NCBI GenBank assembly: GCA_020137815.1
Contig: CM035350.1
Span: 5,828,001 to 5,892,000 of the forward strand
DNA length: 64,000 nt
Source of the DNA: Hormiphora californensis
Taxonomy: Eukaryota; Animalia; Ctenophora
Direction of reading: 5' to 3'
Shown here one piece after another: positions 40,700 through 54,591 of this stretch. Under the pieces are notes generated by a model that ran no database searches, had not been told where the DNA came from, and saw only the letters and a program-made list of their open reading frames with translations. How positions within the stretch are numbered: the first letter of the stretch is position 1; each line of letters begins with the position of its first letter. The translations under genes and the position numbers were made by a program.

Positions 40700-40900
40700 A
40701 TTCTGAATAATGAGTTCAGAGCAAGAATTAAATAGGGAAGAAAATCGAAAAATACTGGGTTTGACCGGGAATTGAACCAGGGTTTGGTAGCTTAGTGGTT
40801 TATAGCTCCGAGCATGTCCCTGGTTCAATTCCCGGTCAAACCCAGTATTTTTCGATTTTCTTCCCTATTTAATTCTTGCTCTGAACTCATTATTCTGAAT
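40700..40900. mobile_element. Palindromic tRNA-derived (SINE-like) element
   Basis: ~80-bp inverted arms around a 35-bp loop. GGGTTTG..TAGCTTAGTGG (A box)..GGTTCAATTCC (B box)..CAAACCC forms a tRNA-like head lacking an anticodon arm. Confidence 0.7.
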
Positions 40901-43054
40901 CTGACTGAATTAATTTATTATATGTTTTCCATTTAATTTCTGAATCTGACATCATTGATTATTCCTAGACGGAGGCTCAAGCAATTTTTAATTTTAGTTA
41001 TCATAACAGAGTAAATAAAAACGGTTCCAACTAACCAACTAAAGAAACAACTCCGATGCAGCTGGATGGAAATTGGAAGTCTTGCCACAATCCACATTAT
41101 TGGTTGTTTTTCGATCATATAAATTCTCGGATGGCAAACATGCCAGTTTCACGATTGCCATGATCACATGATCCAGATGGAGGAGAAGATGATGAATGAT
41201 CCGTGATCGCGAAGAAGATCAGAACAAGATCGGATCGTGAAGGTTCAGGAATTTTAAATTTTAAAATTTCACGAACTTTTTATTTAGAACGCGCACATTT
41301 TCTCCCAGAGAACTTACTGCGTCGCTTTGTTGAATAGCTTCGCGCGCAACTGCTGTGTTGTCTGTTTTGCTTTGATAAGGAACCATAATAAAGTTCAAGA
41401 GCGCCCCCATCCAAGAGCGTACCATCTCCAAAAGACACCACTCCAAGAGCGCACCATTGGCATACGTTGCAGGCCCCTTATAATATAATATAAGGGGCCT
41501 GGAGGGAATACCGCGCTAGGGGGGAATACATAATCAATCATATCTCCGGTTCCAGATAAGGTACAGAAATCGTTTTGGTAGCGTTGGAAAGAGGAAGATA
41601 ACAGCTTTCAAATGCAACCGGTTTCAAGTCTCTATCTTATCAGGAACAGGAGATATGAACCAAACTCCGCAAAATCGAGTGCGGTAAAATCGAAATTTGA
41701 ATGAAATTTTAAAAATGGTGTCCCTGCAAGAATCTGTGACGTCACTTTTTGAAAACAACCCATCTTTCAACGGCTATTGCTCAGCCTCCTTAAGTCCAAT
41801 TAACTTCTCTCAAAAACAGCAAGGTAGATAATTGTCAGATCTAACAACTGGTGAAAGAATCAAGTCAAACGGACTTCAGGAGCCAAAGTTATAAGCACCG
41901 CCGTTTTTTCGACCGCAAAGTTATCTTCGACCCAGCCGGGATCAGGCCAAACGCGCGCGCGGCATTCCCTCCAGCCCCCTCGTTGCGGGGGTGCGCGCAT
42001 GAGGGGGCTGCAGCGCATTCCAAAGCGCACCACATCAAAGAGAGCTCCCCATCCAGAAGATACCGCGCGCAGGGGACACCACGCGCAGAAGAGACCGCAC
42101 GCGCAAATACAACGCCGCGCTGGTCTCTTCTGCGCGTGGTATTCCCTGCGCGTGGTATCTTCTGGATGGGGAGCTCTCTTTGATGTGGTGCGCTCTTGAA
42201 GTGGTGTCTTCTTGAAAAGCGCTGCCTTATCCCGCGCTGCGCGTGGCGCAGAACAGGGATAAGGAGGGAACACCGCGCATGTACAGGATCCTGTCCCAAG
42301 TCATTTTGACCATGTTCCGGAGGTCCTACAATCACCAAATTTTGGGAATTGGTAGCATTTGACATGAATTTGATGACTCTTTTTTCAATTTTGGAAATCG
42401 ATCACTTTTGCACGCGCAAATGTAGAGCCGCGCTTACTATTTAATATTGCTAACGCGCATGTGTTAAAGTGAGCCGCGCACCAATTTCAAATGATTCTGG
42501 AAAAAATATCATTCGATTTCCACTGGTTCGACCCAAATCCAATATGGCCGACTCTCAGTTAGGGAAAACCCAAAGAAAATTGTTATGAGTTGATTTGAAT
42601 AGAGTACTTAGTACTTACTTCCTTCCATGTTATGTACTTCATGAGGGCAAAGACCTATAAATTGCCTTACCTAATAAGGATATGCTCCAATCCGTTAATA
42701 TTTAGCTTAATCAAGTTCTACGGTGAGTTTTAGGACAGATGCACCAACCGGGAGGTCATGCTACGCCAAGAAAGTGTATCAGAGTTGTCACTGAGTCACT
42801 TTTCCGGCAGTATATTTCGTCTCTTGCGGTGGGACGTCTTTGGAAGATGTCCCCAGAGGTGCAACTGCAAGGGATGTCGTGACGGTTCACGGTACCACTG
42901 CTTATTACTTATACATAAGAATGTCCATCTGATGGATCGAAGTGAATTGGATAGTTACAAGTTAAACCGTTCATTGATTAAGATGACCACTGAGATAGAC
43001 CTCCGGCTATCGCGATGAGTCCAAAGTCTTGTTGTTTTTAAAAACCCCTCTCCC

Positions 43055-44830
43055 CCAGGAATCAGATAGAACGGCTGAAAATGTGACTGTAAATTGATGG
43101 TGTATTCATCAATCTAAATGCAACTCCCGGTGATGCATCATTGATCATGTAGATACTATTACTGATTACTGAAATAAATGAAGAATAAGCCCTGGGAAAT
43201 TCTCGGTGAGGGCTCTCTATCTGAACCATCTCCATTCCGTATCAATCTGCCTCTTTTCGCTAAAGTAAGTGAAATTCCAAAACATCCTCCCCTCTTGCCA
43301 TACAACCTCCCGGCTCCCCACCCTCATAATCTACCCACACAAACAAGAGAAAGAGAGGGACGGTCTTTCCTCCTTCATTATACCCCTCTCTATCCCTACT
43401 CCTCTTCAACCTCCCCTTGATCCTCCCCTTACTATTCCTCTCCTCCATATCTTGTCCGTATCTACTATCCCCATTCATCTTCCTCTCCTTCATCTTCCTC
43501 GGAGTCTAAAGTGCATACTCCCCCGAGTAAAGTGTAGTATCAATTTAGTCTCTCTCATTTGTACTAACCCTTCTTTACCTCTCCCAGGATTCCGATAGAA
43601 CGGCTGAAAATTTGATACTCTGGATTGGTGGTGCATTTATCAATCTAAAAGTAACTTCCAGTGACTCGAATTCATCATGTGGACACTATTACTGATTACT
43701 GATGTGAAGAAAAGCCCTGGGGCACTCTCGGTGAGGGCTGTTTCTCTATCTGAACCATCTCCGCTCCATATCCATCTGCTTCTTTTCGCAGTAAGTCAGC
43801 TTTATTTTAAACAGTTTTCCCCTTCTACCATACAACCCCCACTCCTACACACCCACATAATCTACCCATACTTTATACCCACCCCTCCGTCACATCCTTC
43901 TACATTCATTTCCCCCTTGGCCTTTATTCCTCCCCTCAATCCCCCTCCATCTCCCCCTTTTTCCTTCTCTCCTTTTTCCTCTACTCATTCATTCCCCCTT
44001 CATCTCCCTCTCCTTCCGTTCCTTCATTCCCCCTTTTATCCTACCACTTTACCCCCCCCCTTCGACCTTCGCCCTCCTTCGTCCACGCTTTCTAGATAGT
44101 AGATACCCATTCATTTCCCACTTCATCCCCCATCTCCTCCTTCATTCCCCCTTTATCCTCTCCTCCATTTCCCCTCTCCTCCATATCCCGTCCGTATCCA
44201 CTATAAGATCGAGTAAAGTGTGTATCAATTTAGTCTCTCTCATTTGTTCTAACCCTTCTTTACCTCTCCCAGGATTCCGATAGAACGGCTGAAAATTTGA
44301 TATTCTGGATTGGTGGTGCATTTATCAATCTAAAAGTAACTTCCAGTGACTCGAATTTATCATGTGGACACTATTACTGATTACTGAAGTAAAGAAAAGC
44401 CCTGGGGCACTCTCGGTGAGGGCTGTTTCTCTATCTGAACCATCTCCGCTCCATATCCATCTGCTTCTTTTCGCAGTAAGTCAGCCTCCCTTATTCCAAA
44501 CAGTTTTCCCCTTCTACCATACAACCCCCGCTCCACCACTCCCACATAATCTACCCATACTGTATACCCAGTGGGTATTACCCACCCCTCCGTCACATCC
44601 TTCTACATTCATTTCCCCTTGGCCTGCTATTCCTCCCCTCGAATCCCCTCCATCTCCCCCTTTTTCCTTCTCTCCTTCCTCTACTCATTCATTCCCTCTT
44701 CATATCCCCCTTCCATCCGTTTCTTCATTTCCCCATTTTATCCTACCCCTTGATCCCCCCGTCGACCTTCGCCCTCCTTCGTCCACCCTTTCTAGATGGT
44801 AGATACCCATTCATCCTCCATCTCCTCCTT
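43055..44830. repeat. Three degenerate tandem copies (~530-690 bp) with pyrimidine-rich tails
   Basis: GATAGAACGGCTGAAAAT recurs at ~43064, ~43594, ~44279; paralogous ORFs at 43677 and 44362. Confidence 0.85.
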
Positions 44831-45827
44831 CATTCCCCCTTTATCCTCTCCTCCATTTCCCCCTTCGTTCTCCTCTCCTACTTCCTCTATTCTCATTCCA
44901 CCACTTCATCCTTCCCATCTATCTCCCCATTCATCCATATCTCCTCCTTCACCCCCCCCCCCCTTTATCCTCCCCTGAACTAATCTTTCATTTTCTCCAC
45001 TCTTTCTCTCCCCAGCTCCCCTCCATCAGTCTCCTATTTTTGGTTACGAAGAGCTTTTGCGGAGGGGTTAGGGGTAATTTCATTACCAACTCCGAACCCC
45101 ACCCTGAGATTCTCTCCCGAACCCCACCCAGCACCCTGTCTTATCTCCCAAACCTCGCCCCATATTCTCTGCCGAGTGTTCTGTTTGTCACTGTAATCTG
45201 GATACCACAGTAGCTAGGGTATTTTGTGATCTCATCTCTCTCCACCTCTCAGGTCCCTGGTCCAAGTTTAATGATTGGTTACGATCCGAACCTGGGACAG
45301 ATTGCAGTTAAATGCCGCATTCGTTTCGGTATACATCGGGTTGTCGTCAAATAAATAGATGAACAATAGTGTTGATACTGCTGATATGATAGACTATCTT
45401 TGGTGATATTTGTGATATCCCGGTGATATTTTATAAATCTCTGTGGGCTAAAGAAAGGAGTAGGGGTTGATTATGCCACTTCCCAATTGCTGGCAGTCAG
45501 GATAAAATATTACATATTTACAAATTACATCTCATGTGTTATTTTGTTGCTTTGTTGTATTGACCACTAAAAACAATTTGTATCAATTTATTTCCGGCAT
45601 GGTGGGGGATTCAAACCGCCCCTCGTCTTTGATCAAGGTCAAAGATACAAGGTTTAGGGATCGCTCGCCTAATTATGTAATTGTCACAAAATGGGACTCT
45701 GTCTCAGTTCACGAACATGCTTTGTGTAGCGCGCGGGATAGGTCTAATGGTGAAATGAATCCTGCGCGCGCCGTCAGTAATCGCTCTGGCAAGGGCTTTT
45801 CGGCAAGGGTGCGCGGGATAGACTAAA

Positions 45828-45978
45828 GTCCATTTTTTTTCAACTGTTCACCCAAAAACTGAAATTTGATAAAAATTCGAATTTGGGTGGCGCGCGCTAC
45901 ACGTTAACATGTGATAAACGCGCAAAACAATTCCGCGCACGACTTTGGGGGGTGAACAGTTGAAAAAAAATGGAGTAT
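45828..45978. mobile_element. Small MITE
   Basis: Inverted repeat TCCATTTTTTTT(T)CAACTGTTCACCC. Confidence 0.6.
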
Positions 45979-46020
45979 ACTGGCCCCTATCGGGGGCCAG
46001 CAACGTTTGCCAAGGTGTCT

Positions 46021-46314
46021 AGGGATCCCTAAAAAAGTTCAGTATTTACACAGAGTTTACACAGTCTTTACTCAGTCGTTACACCCAGAGCGGCGCGTGC
46101 TGCGCACAGTGGCTTTTTCCAAGAAAATATTGAATTGTGTGCTGCACAATTGACAAAATTGAGCGCTGCGGCGAAAAAAGTTTCCGAAAACGCTGCAAAT
46201 CGAGTGCGAAAGACGCAGTCGTTACACCCAGAGCGGCGCGGGCGCTCTGGGTGTAACGACTGAGTAAAGACTGTGTAAACTCTGTGTAAATACTGAACTT
46301 TTTTAGGGATCCCT
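46021..46314. mobile_element. MITE with ~70-bp perfect TIRs
   Basis: AGGGATCCCTAAAAAAGTTCAGTATTTACACAGAG... mirrored at the right end; TSD ambiguous (possibly 2 bp). Confidence 0.8.
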
Positions 46315-46324
46315 CTTCTGGAGG

Positions 46325-46572
46325 GGCGCCGTTACGATCTGGGTGTTTGGTGGCCTGTTTACAGGTGCGCGCTGCCAAAAAAGTTGATTCACTAAAATGG
46401 CTCTAACCGCCAAACCGCTCAACCGTTTTGGCTGATTCAAAGTTTATCTGGTAGGGAATGTCAAGGCCTAACCCCAACCCAAACCCCAACCCTAACCCTA
46501 ACCCCACTTTAGCCCTAACCCTAAAAAACCGTTTGTCAGCACTCACGAAACACCCAGATTTTAACGCTGGCC
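46325..46572. mobile_element. MULE-like MITE carrying (TAACCC)n repeats
   Basis: Imperfect TIRs (..GTTA..ATCTGGGTGTTT); 10-bp direct repeat CTTCTGGAGG at 46315-46324 and 46573-46582; telomere-like repeats ~46466-46523. Confidence 0.7.
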
Positions 46573-46909
46573 CTTCTGGAGGTGGTGCGATCTTGGATGT
46601 GGTCTCTTTTGGGTGTGGTACGCTCTCAGGTGTGGTCTCTCTTCGATCGGGTGCGCTCTTGGGTGCTCTTGGAGGCTCTTGAACTTTATTATGGTTCCTT
46701 ATTCGTCACGTCACGCGTCGTAAAAAAACAAAAAACAAAAGCCAAAAAAACCGAAAGCCAAAAACCAAAAGCCTTTTGTTGAGAAGTGTCCCTCTTCAAG
46801 AGCGCAGCCACATCAGATTTCAGAAGACACCATTTACGTTTAGATGATATGATGTCTTCTGCAGCTGTTGCCTGTTGGTGCGGTCTGGAATTTTTTATGG
46901 GACAAATAC

Positions 46910-47420
46910 GGCTCTACTTATAAAAGTACAGCCAGTATAGTGTGGTGCAGTGGAGTGTGTTGGGCTTTACTTATAGAAGTACAGCCAGTATGGTGTAGTG
47001 CAGAGGAGTGTGTTGGGCTTTACTTAAAGAAGTGAAGCCAGTATGGTGTAGTGTAGTGGAGTGTGCTGGGCTCTACTTATAGAAGTACAGCCAGTATGGT
47101 GTAGTGCAGTGGAGTGTGTTGGACTTTACTTATAGAAGTGCAGCCAGTATGGTGTAGTGCAGTGGAGTGTGTTGGGCTTTACTTATAGAAGTGCAGCCAG
47201 TATGGTGTAGTGCAGTGGAGTGTGTTGGGCTCTACTTATAGAAGTACAGCCAGTATAGTGTGGTGCAGTGGAGTGTGTTGGGCTTTACTTATAGAAGTAC
47301 AGCCAGTATGGTGTAGTGCAGAGGAGTGTGTTGGGCTTTACTTATAGAAGTACAGTCGGTATGGCATGGTGTAGTGGAGTGTGTTGGGCTTCACTTATAG
47401 AAGTACAGCCAGTGTGGTGA
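46910..47420. repeat. 53-bp minisatellite (~9.5 copies)
   Basis: Unit GGGCTTTACTTATAGAAGTACAGCCAGTATGGTGTAGTGCAGTGGAGTGTGTT. Confidence 0.95.
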
Positions 47421-48338
47421 GATGCAGGCTACAGCGAGTATGACTTCTCTTCCGCTCCTTGGTTCTCCTACAGGTGAAGTAGTCGGATCCTCAGTCCTCA
47501 CCCAGGTTGTATAAGACAGTATCGATTGTTTAAGGGCTAAAGCCCTGGTGCTAAAGTATTTATTTCTGGATCCCTAGATCCAAGAGCATATTTTATCAAT
47601 CTGCAGTAAGCAGAGACAGTATATTTCATCATCCGATTTAAATGTTGTTTAACTAACAAGACCTACCTTCAGAAAAATACCATCTTGCAATAATAATTGG
47701 AAATCCTTGGTATAGAACTAACCGCTTTTGAAACGAGAGTTAGTGAGACGAAGTCCGCACCAAGTGATGCAAGTAGTCAAGACCTAACAGAACTCGTGTT
47801 GTTCTTTAAAATATGGACAATGAAAAGCGGACAATAAATGTATATTTGTATTTGTATTTGTATTTGTATTTTGGCGTTTTGCGGTTGTCTTGACAGTTGT
47901 CCAGACGCCTCACTCCAGATCTCTTTTAGTGCCGGATCTGGGATACCTCATAGACCATAGTTCATACCCCAAATTCAAAAACGATCCAGGGTCAGGGTAA
48001 TCCTGGTTTACTAATGACTGTTAATGGCGTGAGTTTTGGTGATCAGGTTGGTAAACGACTTGTAACAGCCGTTTTCAACAAAAAATAACCATTCTCTCGT
48101 AACCGGTAACAGCCAATAAACTTCAATTCCTGGCTGAAGTCTGAAGAATTCCAAACTTTGTACAATGTGCGAATGGGAAAAAAGGGTTCTGCCTAATCAA
48201 AAATTAAATGAATCACCTCACACGTTGAGAATTGGTACATTCACTCCGTTTACACCACAAAACCAACAGTCTACTCAAGTCACATGCTGTATGAAACATT
48301 ATCCCATTAGAGATAACACAACTCAAATATTTTGTAGG

Positions 48339-51300
48339 ATGTTGCTGCTTTTGCTGCTCAGTTTGGTTGCGGCATGCCACTCCCTCAACTTCTTTAAGAA
48401 TTATCATGCCACCGGCTTTGTCAGTTTGCCATACGCCGAAATCAAGGAGCCTTTCGAGTGTTGGTACTCTGCCTCTCAGAACAAGAGCAGGATAGGTTAG
48501 TCTTGGGGTAATAATGTAAAGCACACTTTATGTTTTACAAGCCCATTGTGTGTTTTGTTCAAACAAGGCAACCCATTGTGTGCTTTACAACAGTTCCCCC
48601 TTTTCAGATGTTTGGGATGGGGTGAACTCTGATGTTAACGATGCAGCTAACGGGAAATCATTCAAAGTAGTTCCCATGACTACGGAGACTCTCTACAATC
48701 AGAAGACATGCTTCGCCACAGAAGAGGAAACCGGGGGAGTTGTTGAGATACAGGTAATCTCCCAGTAATCTCACACCTGAATTGATTTAACTTGTAAAAA
48801 CATACATGATACCGATGATTATCTAGGTTAAGGTACACATTATCTCCTCAGGGTGTCCTACCAGATCTGACCTTGTTCGAATTATCCGGTACCGAGGTTG
48901 TCAACGGATACACGTGCGACAAATATGTGTACATCTCCACCCCAAATAACACACACCTGACACAAACATACACGTAAGGGCAGTTGAAACTAATACATAA
49001 AGATTATCCTTGCTGCCCATCTAAATCTTCCGAAATTTCTAGAGGTTTGCTTCATGGTTATTTGTTCCCTCCTCACCAGAAATACCCCCAGGTTCTACGT
49101 ATATGGTGAGCAGTTACCGGTTAAGCTAGTGATGATGGGGTTTAACATCATATCAGGATCACATGTAGATGAATATGTGATTGATTACACAACATTTGTC
49201 AACGTAGGTTGTAGTACACACGGCCCTTCTAACACCACCATTCCCAGCCCTCCCTCCACTCACTAACCCCCTCCTAAACAGGGAGACGACATACCGGAAG
49301 TTACATTCAGTGAGCCCTACGATGGACTAAACTGCGGTGACTTTCCGGGTCCGGGCGAGTGTGGTGAGTTTATCAAGGGGGGGGGGTATTTGTATTTCTT
49401 ACCCGCTACTGCAAGCAAGGGTCAAAGTATGGCACAATTTTCTTTTAAAGAACAAGATATACAACGAATCACACCCGCAGTACCAATACCTCCTGTACCA
49501 ATACCTCCAGTACCGAATAGGTACTGGACGTATTGGTACAGAGGGCAGAAAGGAGGGGTCAAATGCCCTGTGTACCAACTCGATATGATTACTGTACTAT
49601 GTTACTGATTACAACTATTCCGTGCAGGTAAGGTGTCTCTGTTTGCTGACCTCCTGGCTGGCACTGTCGATCATGCAGCAGACTTTGTGGAGTTTCAGAG
49701 GACCCACAGCCGAACCTACCCCCACAAAAAGGAGGCATCGGACCGATATGCTGCATTCGTCAACAACAGACGATTCATTGCCTCTAGGAACAGACAGGGT
49801 CTGGGGTACACCCTTGAGGAGAATCACATGACTGACTGGCTTGCAGACGAACACGCCAGGTACTGTACACAAGGGAGACAGTCTGAAAATGTGTTTAGTA
49901 GCAGGGGAATGGGCTACTATAGCAGGTGGAATATCACAGTGTTGCATCCCTGATTATATAATACCCTCTTGTTTGTGAGCTACTCAATGTGTGTTACTCA
50001 ATGAGCTACTCAATGAGCTACTCAATGAGCTACTAATCAATATGTTACAGGTTGAGGGGTAAAGTGTATAGTGGAGAGAGGAACAATGGACTTCCCTTCA
50101 AGCCCACTATGCAAGCAGACGAGATTCCTGACAGTCTAGATCTCAGGATCCAAGGTACAGCTTTCCTTGCTCGGCCCTGTTTCCCCTGTCATTAGTATTA
50201 GTTTTTAAGGCACTATTTGTATATTGTACGTAATAACTATATTTATTTTCCTACCACAGGAGCCATTGGGCCAGTAAAAGATCAGGCTGTATGTGGTTCG
50301 TGCTGGAGTTTCGCTACAACAGGGTCTATTGAGGGGGCCTTCTTTACTAAACACGGCTATAGAGTGTCCCTGTCTGAGCAGAAGTGAGTACTACACAATG
50401 ATTGACACAAATATTGTACAGATAAGACAGACAACGAGACAGACAAAAGACAGACAAAGAAACAGATAAAGAGACAGACAAAGAGACAGACAACGAGACA
50501 GACAAAGAAACAGACAAGAAACAGACAAAGAGAGAGAAAACGAGACAAACAAAGAGACAGCAAGGCAAACACAAACAACAAAATCCCCTCCCTCTCTTTC
50601 CAGTCTAATGGACTGCAGCTGGGGTTACGGTAACAATGGATGTGACGGAGGTGAGGAATGGAGGGCATACGAGTGGATCATGAAACACGGTGGTATCGCT
50701 TATGAGGCTGATTATGGACCTTATCTCATGGCGGTATATCATAGACGCATTTTATTATCTTACTTTATTTCATTTTTGTATCTTTTTCCAGTACATATAG
50801 AACTTCTATATATTGTTCTTTCCTTTTTAGAACTGTCTAATACCCAGATCTCTCTTTTTACCCCGGACACCCTCCCCAGGATGGGTACTGCCACTATAAT
50901 TCTACTAAGAGGAGGGTCGTGATAGATAGCTATGTCAACGTGACGGGGGAGGAAAACCTGAAAATGGCCCTGTTTACAAATGGTGCTACTGCTGTCAATA
51001 TTGATGCATCTCACCGTTCACTTTCCTTCTATCAGTCCGGAGTATACTGGGAGCCTGCCTGCAGTAAGTAGAATGTAGTCAAATGTTTTAATACAATAAT
51101 ACAAAATTTGTAAAACAGAGAGCCCAGCAAGGCAAGTCAATGTGATTTATCTATCAGTTCCAATTCTGTTTACCTCCTCCTCCCCCTCCCTAGAGAGTGG
51201 CCCAGAATCCCTGGACCACGCAGTGTTGGCGGTGGGATGGGGTACCCTGGGTGGCAAAGATTACTGGATCATCAAAAACAGTTGGAGCACCAACTGGGGT

Positions 51301-51381
51301 AATGTTGGGTATGTGCTGATGGACCGGAAAGATAACCATTGTGGTGTCACTACTGATGCCACTTATGTTGTTGTGAAGTAG
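48339..51381 (+). CDS. Papain-family (C1A) cysteine protease of the 26/29-kDa proteinase (CfaD-like) type, 11 coding exons
   Basis: Exons 48339-48495, 48608-48753, 48852-48973, 49092-49203, 49282-49363, 49628-49859, 50051-50154, 50260-50383, 50604-50733, 50880-51063, 51194-51381. Signal peptide [15 protein letters not shown], long N-terminal domain, ERFNIN-like I29 propeptide, [23 protein letters not shown]; AATAAA at ~51425 and ~51434. Confidence 0.95.
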
Positions 51382-51780
51382 CTATGTTGTAGAGAGCGGA
51401 ACTATTATTATATGTGGCCTGAGAAATAAATGCAATAAATTGATTTAGAGTTGGACTAAATTAATTATATACCACCAACTGATTAAATTATTTGTTGAGC
51501 GGGATCTCTAAACATATTTTTGTTAGGAATGTGTGTTGTGGTAGTTTTCTATTCTTTTGTAATGCAACAAAACATGTGTCATAGAGTAAACAGTTACCGC
51601 TGTGAGCTGTTGCATGCTGCATTTTGCATCCTATCCCGCGTCAAGGTGATATGACCTGCGCGCAATCTCCACACGACTCAGAACCAGCCTGCTTCGCGCG
51701 AAATTCCCTAATTTCATAGCGGTGGCTGATAATTTGTAACTTCGATGCCGTTTTAGCCGCGCAAAGCGCGCTTTCGTTTA

Positions 51781-54576
51781 ACACCCCCTGTCCGGAGTAC
51801 TGCTTTTTTTTCTTCTGTGTGTGTGTCGCAACACTGGAATCGTGCGCGTTCAGGGCATGTTTAAAGTTCCACGTGTCATAGCGTATCCCCTAATTAGATT
51901 AACGAATAATTATTCACACTAGGTTCAAGCCCAGACAATTCCTAATACCGTAGATCAAACCCGGACTTGATTGGATAAACACAGGCTAGGCTATGGGCTC
52001 TTTTGTAAAAGTCGTCATGATTCTGTACACCACGTAATCTGTCAACCTAGGCAGCTTCTCCGGCTCACTGAAAGAGTAATATCCCGAAATTCAAAAAAAG
52101 GCGAGATATGCCCTCTAGACAATTGTCTGCTGAAGAAGCTGGTGTAATTTTTTTCAAGATCCGACGTAAGACGTAGCCAGTTAGCTGTAACATTTGAAAT
52201 CATGCTCATAATTCGTGTGGTGCGTCACAGTGCTGACACATTGATGTCTAGAGAGTACTGCTTTTTTCCGGAGTACTGCTTTTTCTCTCTCTGCCAAGAG
52301 GGCGCGTAGGGGGCTTTGTGTGGGGACTGTGAATGTGTTGGAGTGTGGTGTATCAAGGCAGTGTGTATGGTATTCTGATTCCTGTCTCTTACACGACTTA
52401 GTGTACCGGATATTATAAGAGTAGACTGTTATTATACATGACACATAATGCTTCATATTCCCCTCAGCTGTCCCTACCGGCGACCCCACCCCTCATCTGC
52501 TCCATCTCTCAGCTAACCTACCCCTCATCTAATCCAACTACTGCAGGCACTAGCTATCCTACCCCTCATCTCCCTCATCTACTCCATCTCTCAGCTATCA
52601 TACCCCTCATCTACTGCATCTCTCAGATATCCTACCCCTCATCTACTCCATCTCTCAGATATCCTACCCCTCAGCTACCATATCCCTCAGGTACCCCAAT
52701 ACTCCATCCTGCTAGATAACTGTAAGATCTTATTAGATGCTTCAGGTACCCTTACAACCTGGTCTGGCGGGTATCCTGGGGGAAGCATCTAATAAGATCT
52801 TACAGTTATCTAGCAGGATGGAGTATTGGGGTACCTGAGGAATATGGTAGCTGAGGGGTAGGATAGCTGATAGATGGAGTAGATGAGGGGTAGGATATCT
52901 AAGAGATGCAGTAGATGAGGGGTAGGGTATCTGAGAGTTGAAGTAGATGAGGGGTAAGGTAGCTGAGAGATGTAGTAGATGGGGAGGGGAAGGGTAGCTG
53001 AGAGATAGAGTAGATAAGGGATAGGGTAGCTAAGAGATCGAGTAGATGAGCGGTAGGGTATCTGAGAGATGAAGTATAGATGAGGGGTAGGGTAGCTGAG
53101 AGATCGAGTAGATGGGGAGGGGGCAGGGTAGCTGAGAGATAGAGTAAATACGGGATAGGGTAGCTGAGAGAACGAGTAGATGAGGGGCAGGGTAGCTGAG
53201 AGATCGAGTAGATGAGGGGCAGGGTAGCAGAGAGATGGCGTAGATGATGGCTAGGATATCTGAGAGATGAAGTAGATGAGGGGCAGGGTAGCTGAGAGAT
53301 GTAGTATATGAGGAGGGGGAAGGGTAGCTGAGAGATGGCGTAGATGAGGGGTAGGGACTAGGGACTAGGGTATCTGAGAGATGGAGTAGATGAGGGGTAG
53401 GATATCTGAGAGATGCAGTAGATGAGGGGTATGATAGCTGAGAGACCCAGTGGCACAGAAGTCCAAATCTTCCAATCCGGTTTTGACCGGCAGAATTGTA
53501 AAACCGGCAGAGAACCAAATCACTTTTCCCCAAAATTTTTCATTTTAATCATTCCGGATAGCCTCTAACAACTTTATGTAAGCGGCGACACCTTTTAAAT
53601 GGAGTTTTTAGCGCTAAAAACGCGCAATAGAAAACGCGAGCAAAAACCGGCAGAATATCAGGTATATATTGGCAATATTTTCGATTTTCCGGCAGAAACC
53701 GGCAGAAATCGGTCATCGGTTTTTTGACATTTCCGGCAGAATTGAAAGCTTGTGCCACTGGGCTGAGAGATGGAGTAGATGAGGGAGATGAGGGGTAGGA
53801 TAGCTAGTGCCTGCAGTAGTTGGATTAGATGAGGGGTAGGTTAGCTGAGAGATGGAGCAGTTGAGGGGTGGGGTCGCCGGTAGGGACAGCTGAGGGGAAT
53901 ATGAAGCATTATGTGTCATGTATAATAACAGTCTACTCTTATAATATCCGGTACACTAAGTCGTGTAAGAGACAGGAATCAGAATACCATACACACTGCC
54001 TTGATACACCACACTCCAACACATTCACAGTCCCCACACAAAGCCCCCTACGCGCCCTCTTGGCAGAGAGAGAAAAAGCAGTACTCCGGAAAAAAGCAGT
54101 ACTCTCTAGACATCAATGTGTCAGCACTGTGACGCACCACACGAATTATGAGCATGATTTCAAATGTTACAGCTAACTGGCTACGTCTTACGTCGGATCT
54201 TGAAAAAAATTACACCAGCTTCTTCAGCAGACAATTGTCTAGAGGGCATATCTCGCCTTTTTTTGAATTTCGGGATATTACTCTTTCAGTGAGCCGGAGA
54301 AGCTGCCTAGGTTGACAGATTACGTGGTGTACAGAATCATGACGACTTTTATAAAAGAGCCCATAGCCTAGCCTGTGTTTGTCCAATCAAGTCCGGGTTT
54401 GATCTACGGTATTAGGAATTGTCTGGGCTTGAACCTAGTGTGAATAATTATTCGTTAATCTAATTAGGGGATACGCTATGACACGTGGAACTTTAAACAT
54501 GCCCTGAACGCGCACGATTCCAGTGTTGCGACACACACACAGAAGGAAAAAAAGCAGTACTCCGGACAGGGGGTGT
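51781..54576. mobile_element. 2.8-kb foldback element with internal ~31-bp tandem subrepeats
   Basis: Arms are near-identical inverted copies (mirror ORFs 52181..52489 and 53868..54176) meeting at a ~38-bp spacer (~52744-52781). Flanks fit a TTA duplication or imperfect TTAA/TTTA. Confidence 0.88.
53446..53762. mobile_element. 317-bp MITE nested in the right foldback arm, 8-bp TSD
   Basis: TIR CCCAGTGGCACA / TGTGCCACTGGG; CTGAGAGA duplicated; the left arm shows the empty site. Confidence 0.9.
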
Positions 54577-54591
54577 TTAAATACTGATTAA

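Noticed and set aside
40780-40843. Functional tRNA gene
   Set aside because: Anticodon arm absent and embedded in an inverted repeat.
46466-46523. True telomere
   Set aside because: Short, degenerate and inside a TSD-flanked element.
46910-47420. Regular repeats as a CRISPR array (also 19370-19820)
   Set aside because: Head-to-tail units without unique spacers, no cas genes, eukaryotic context.
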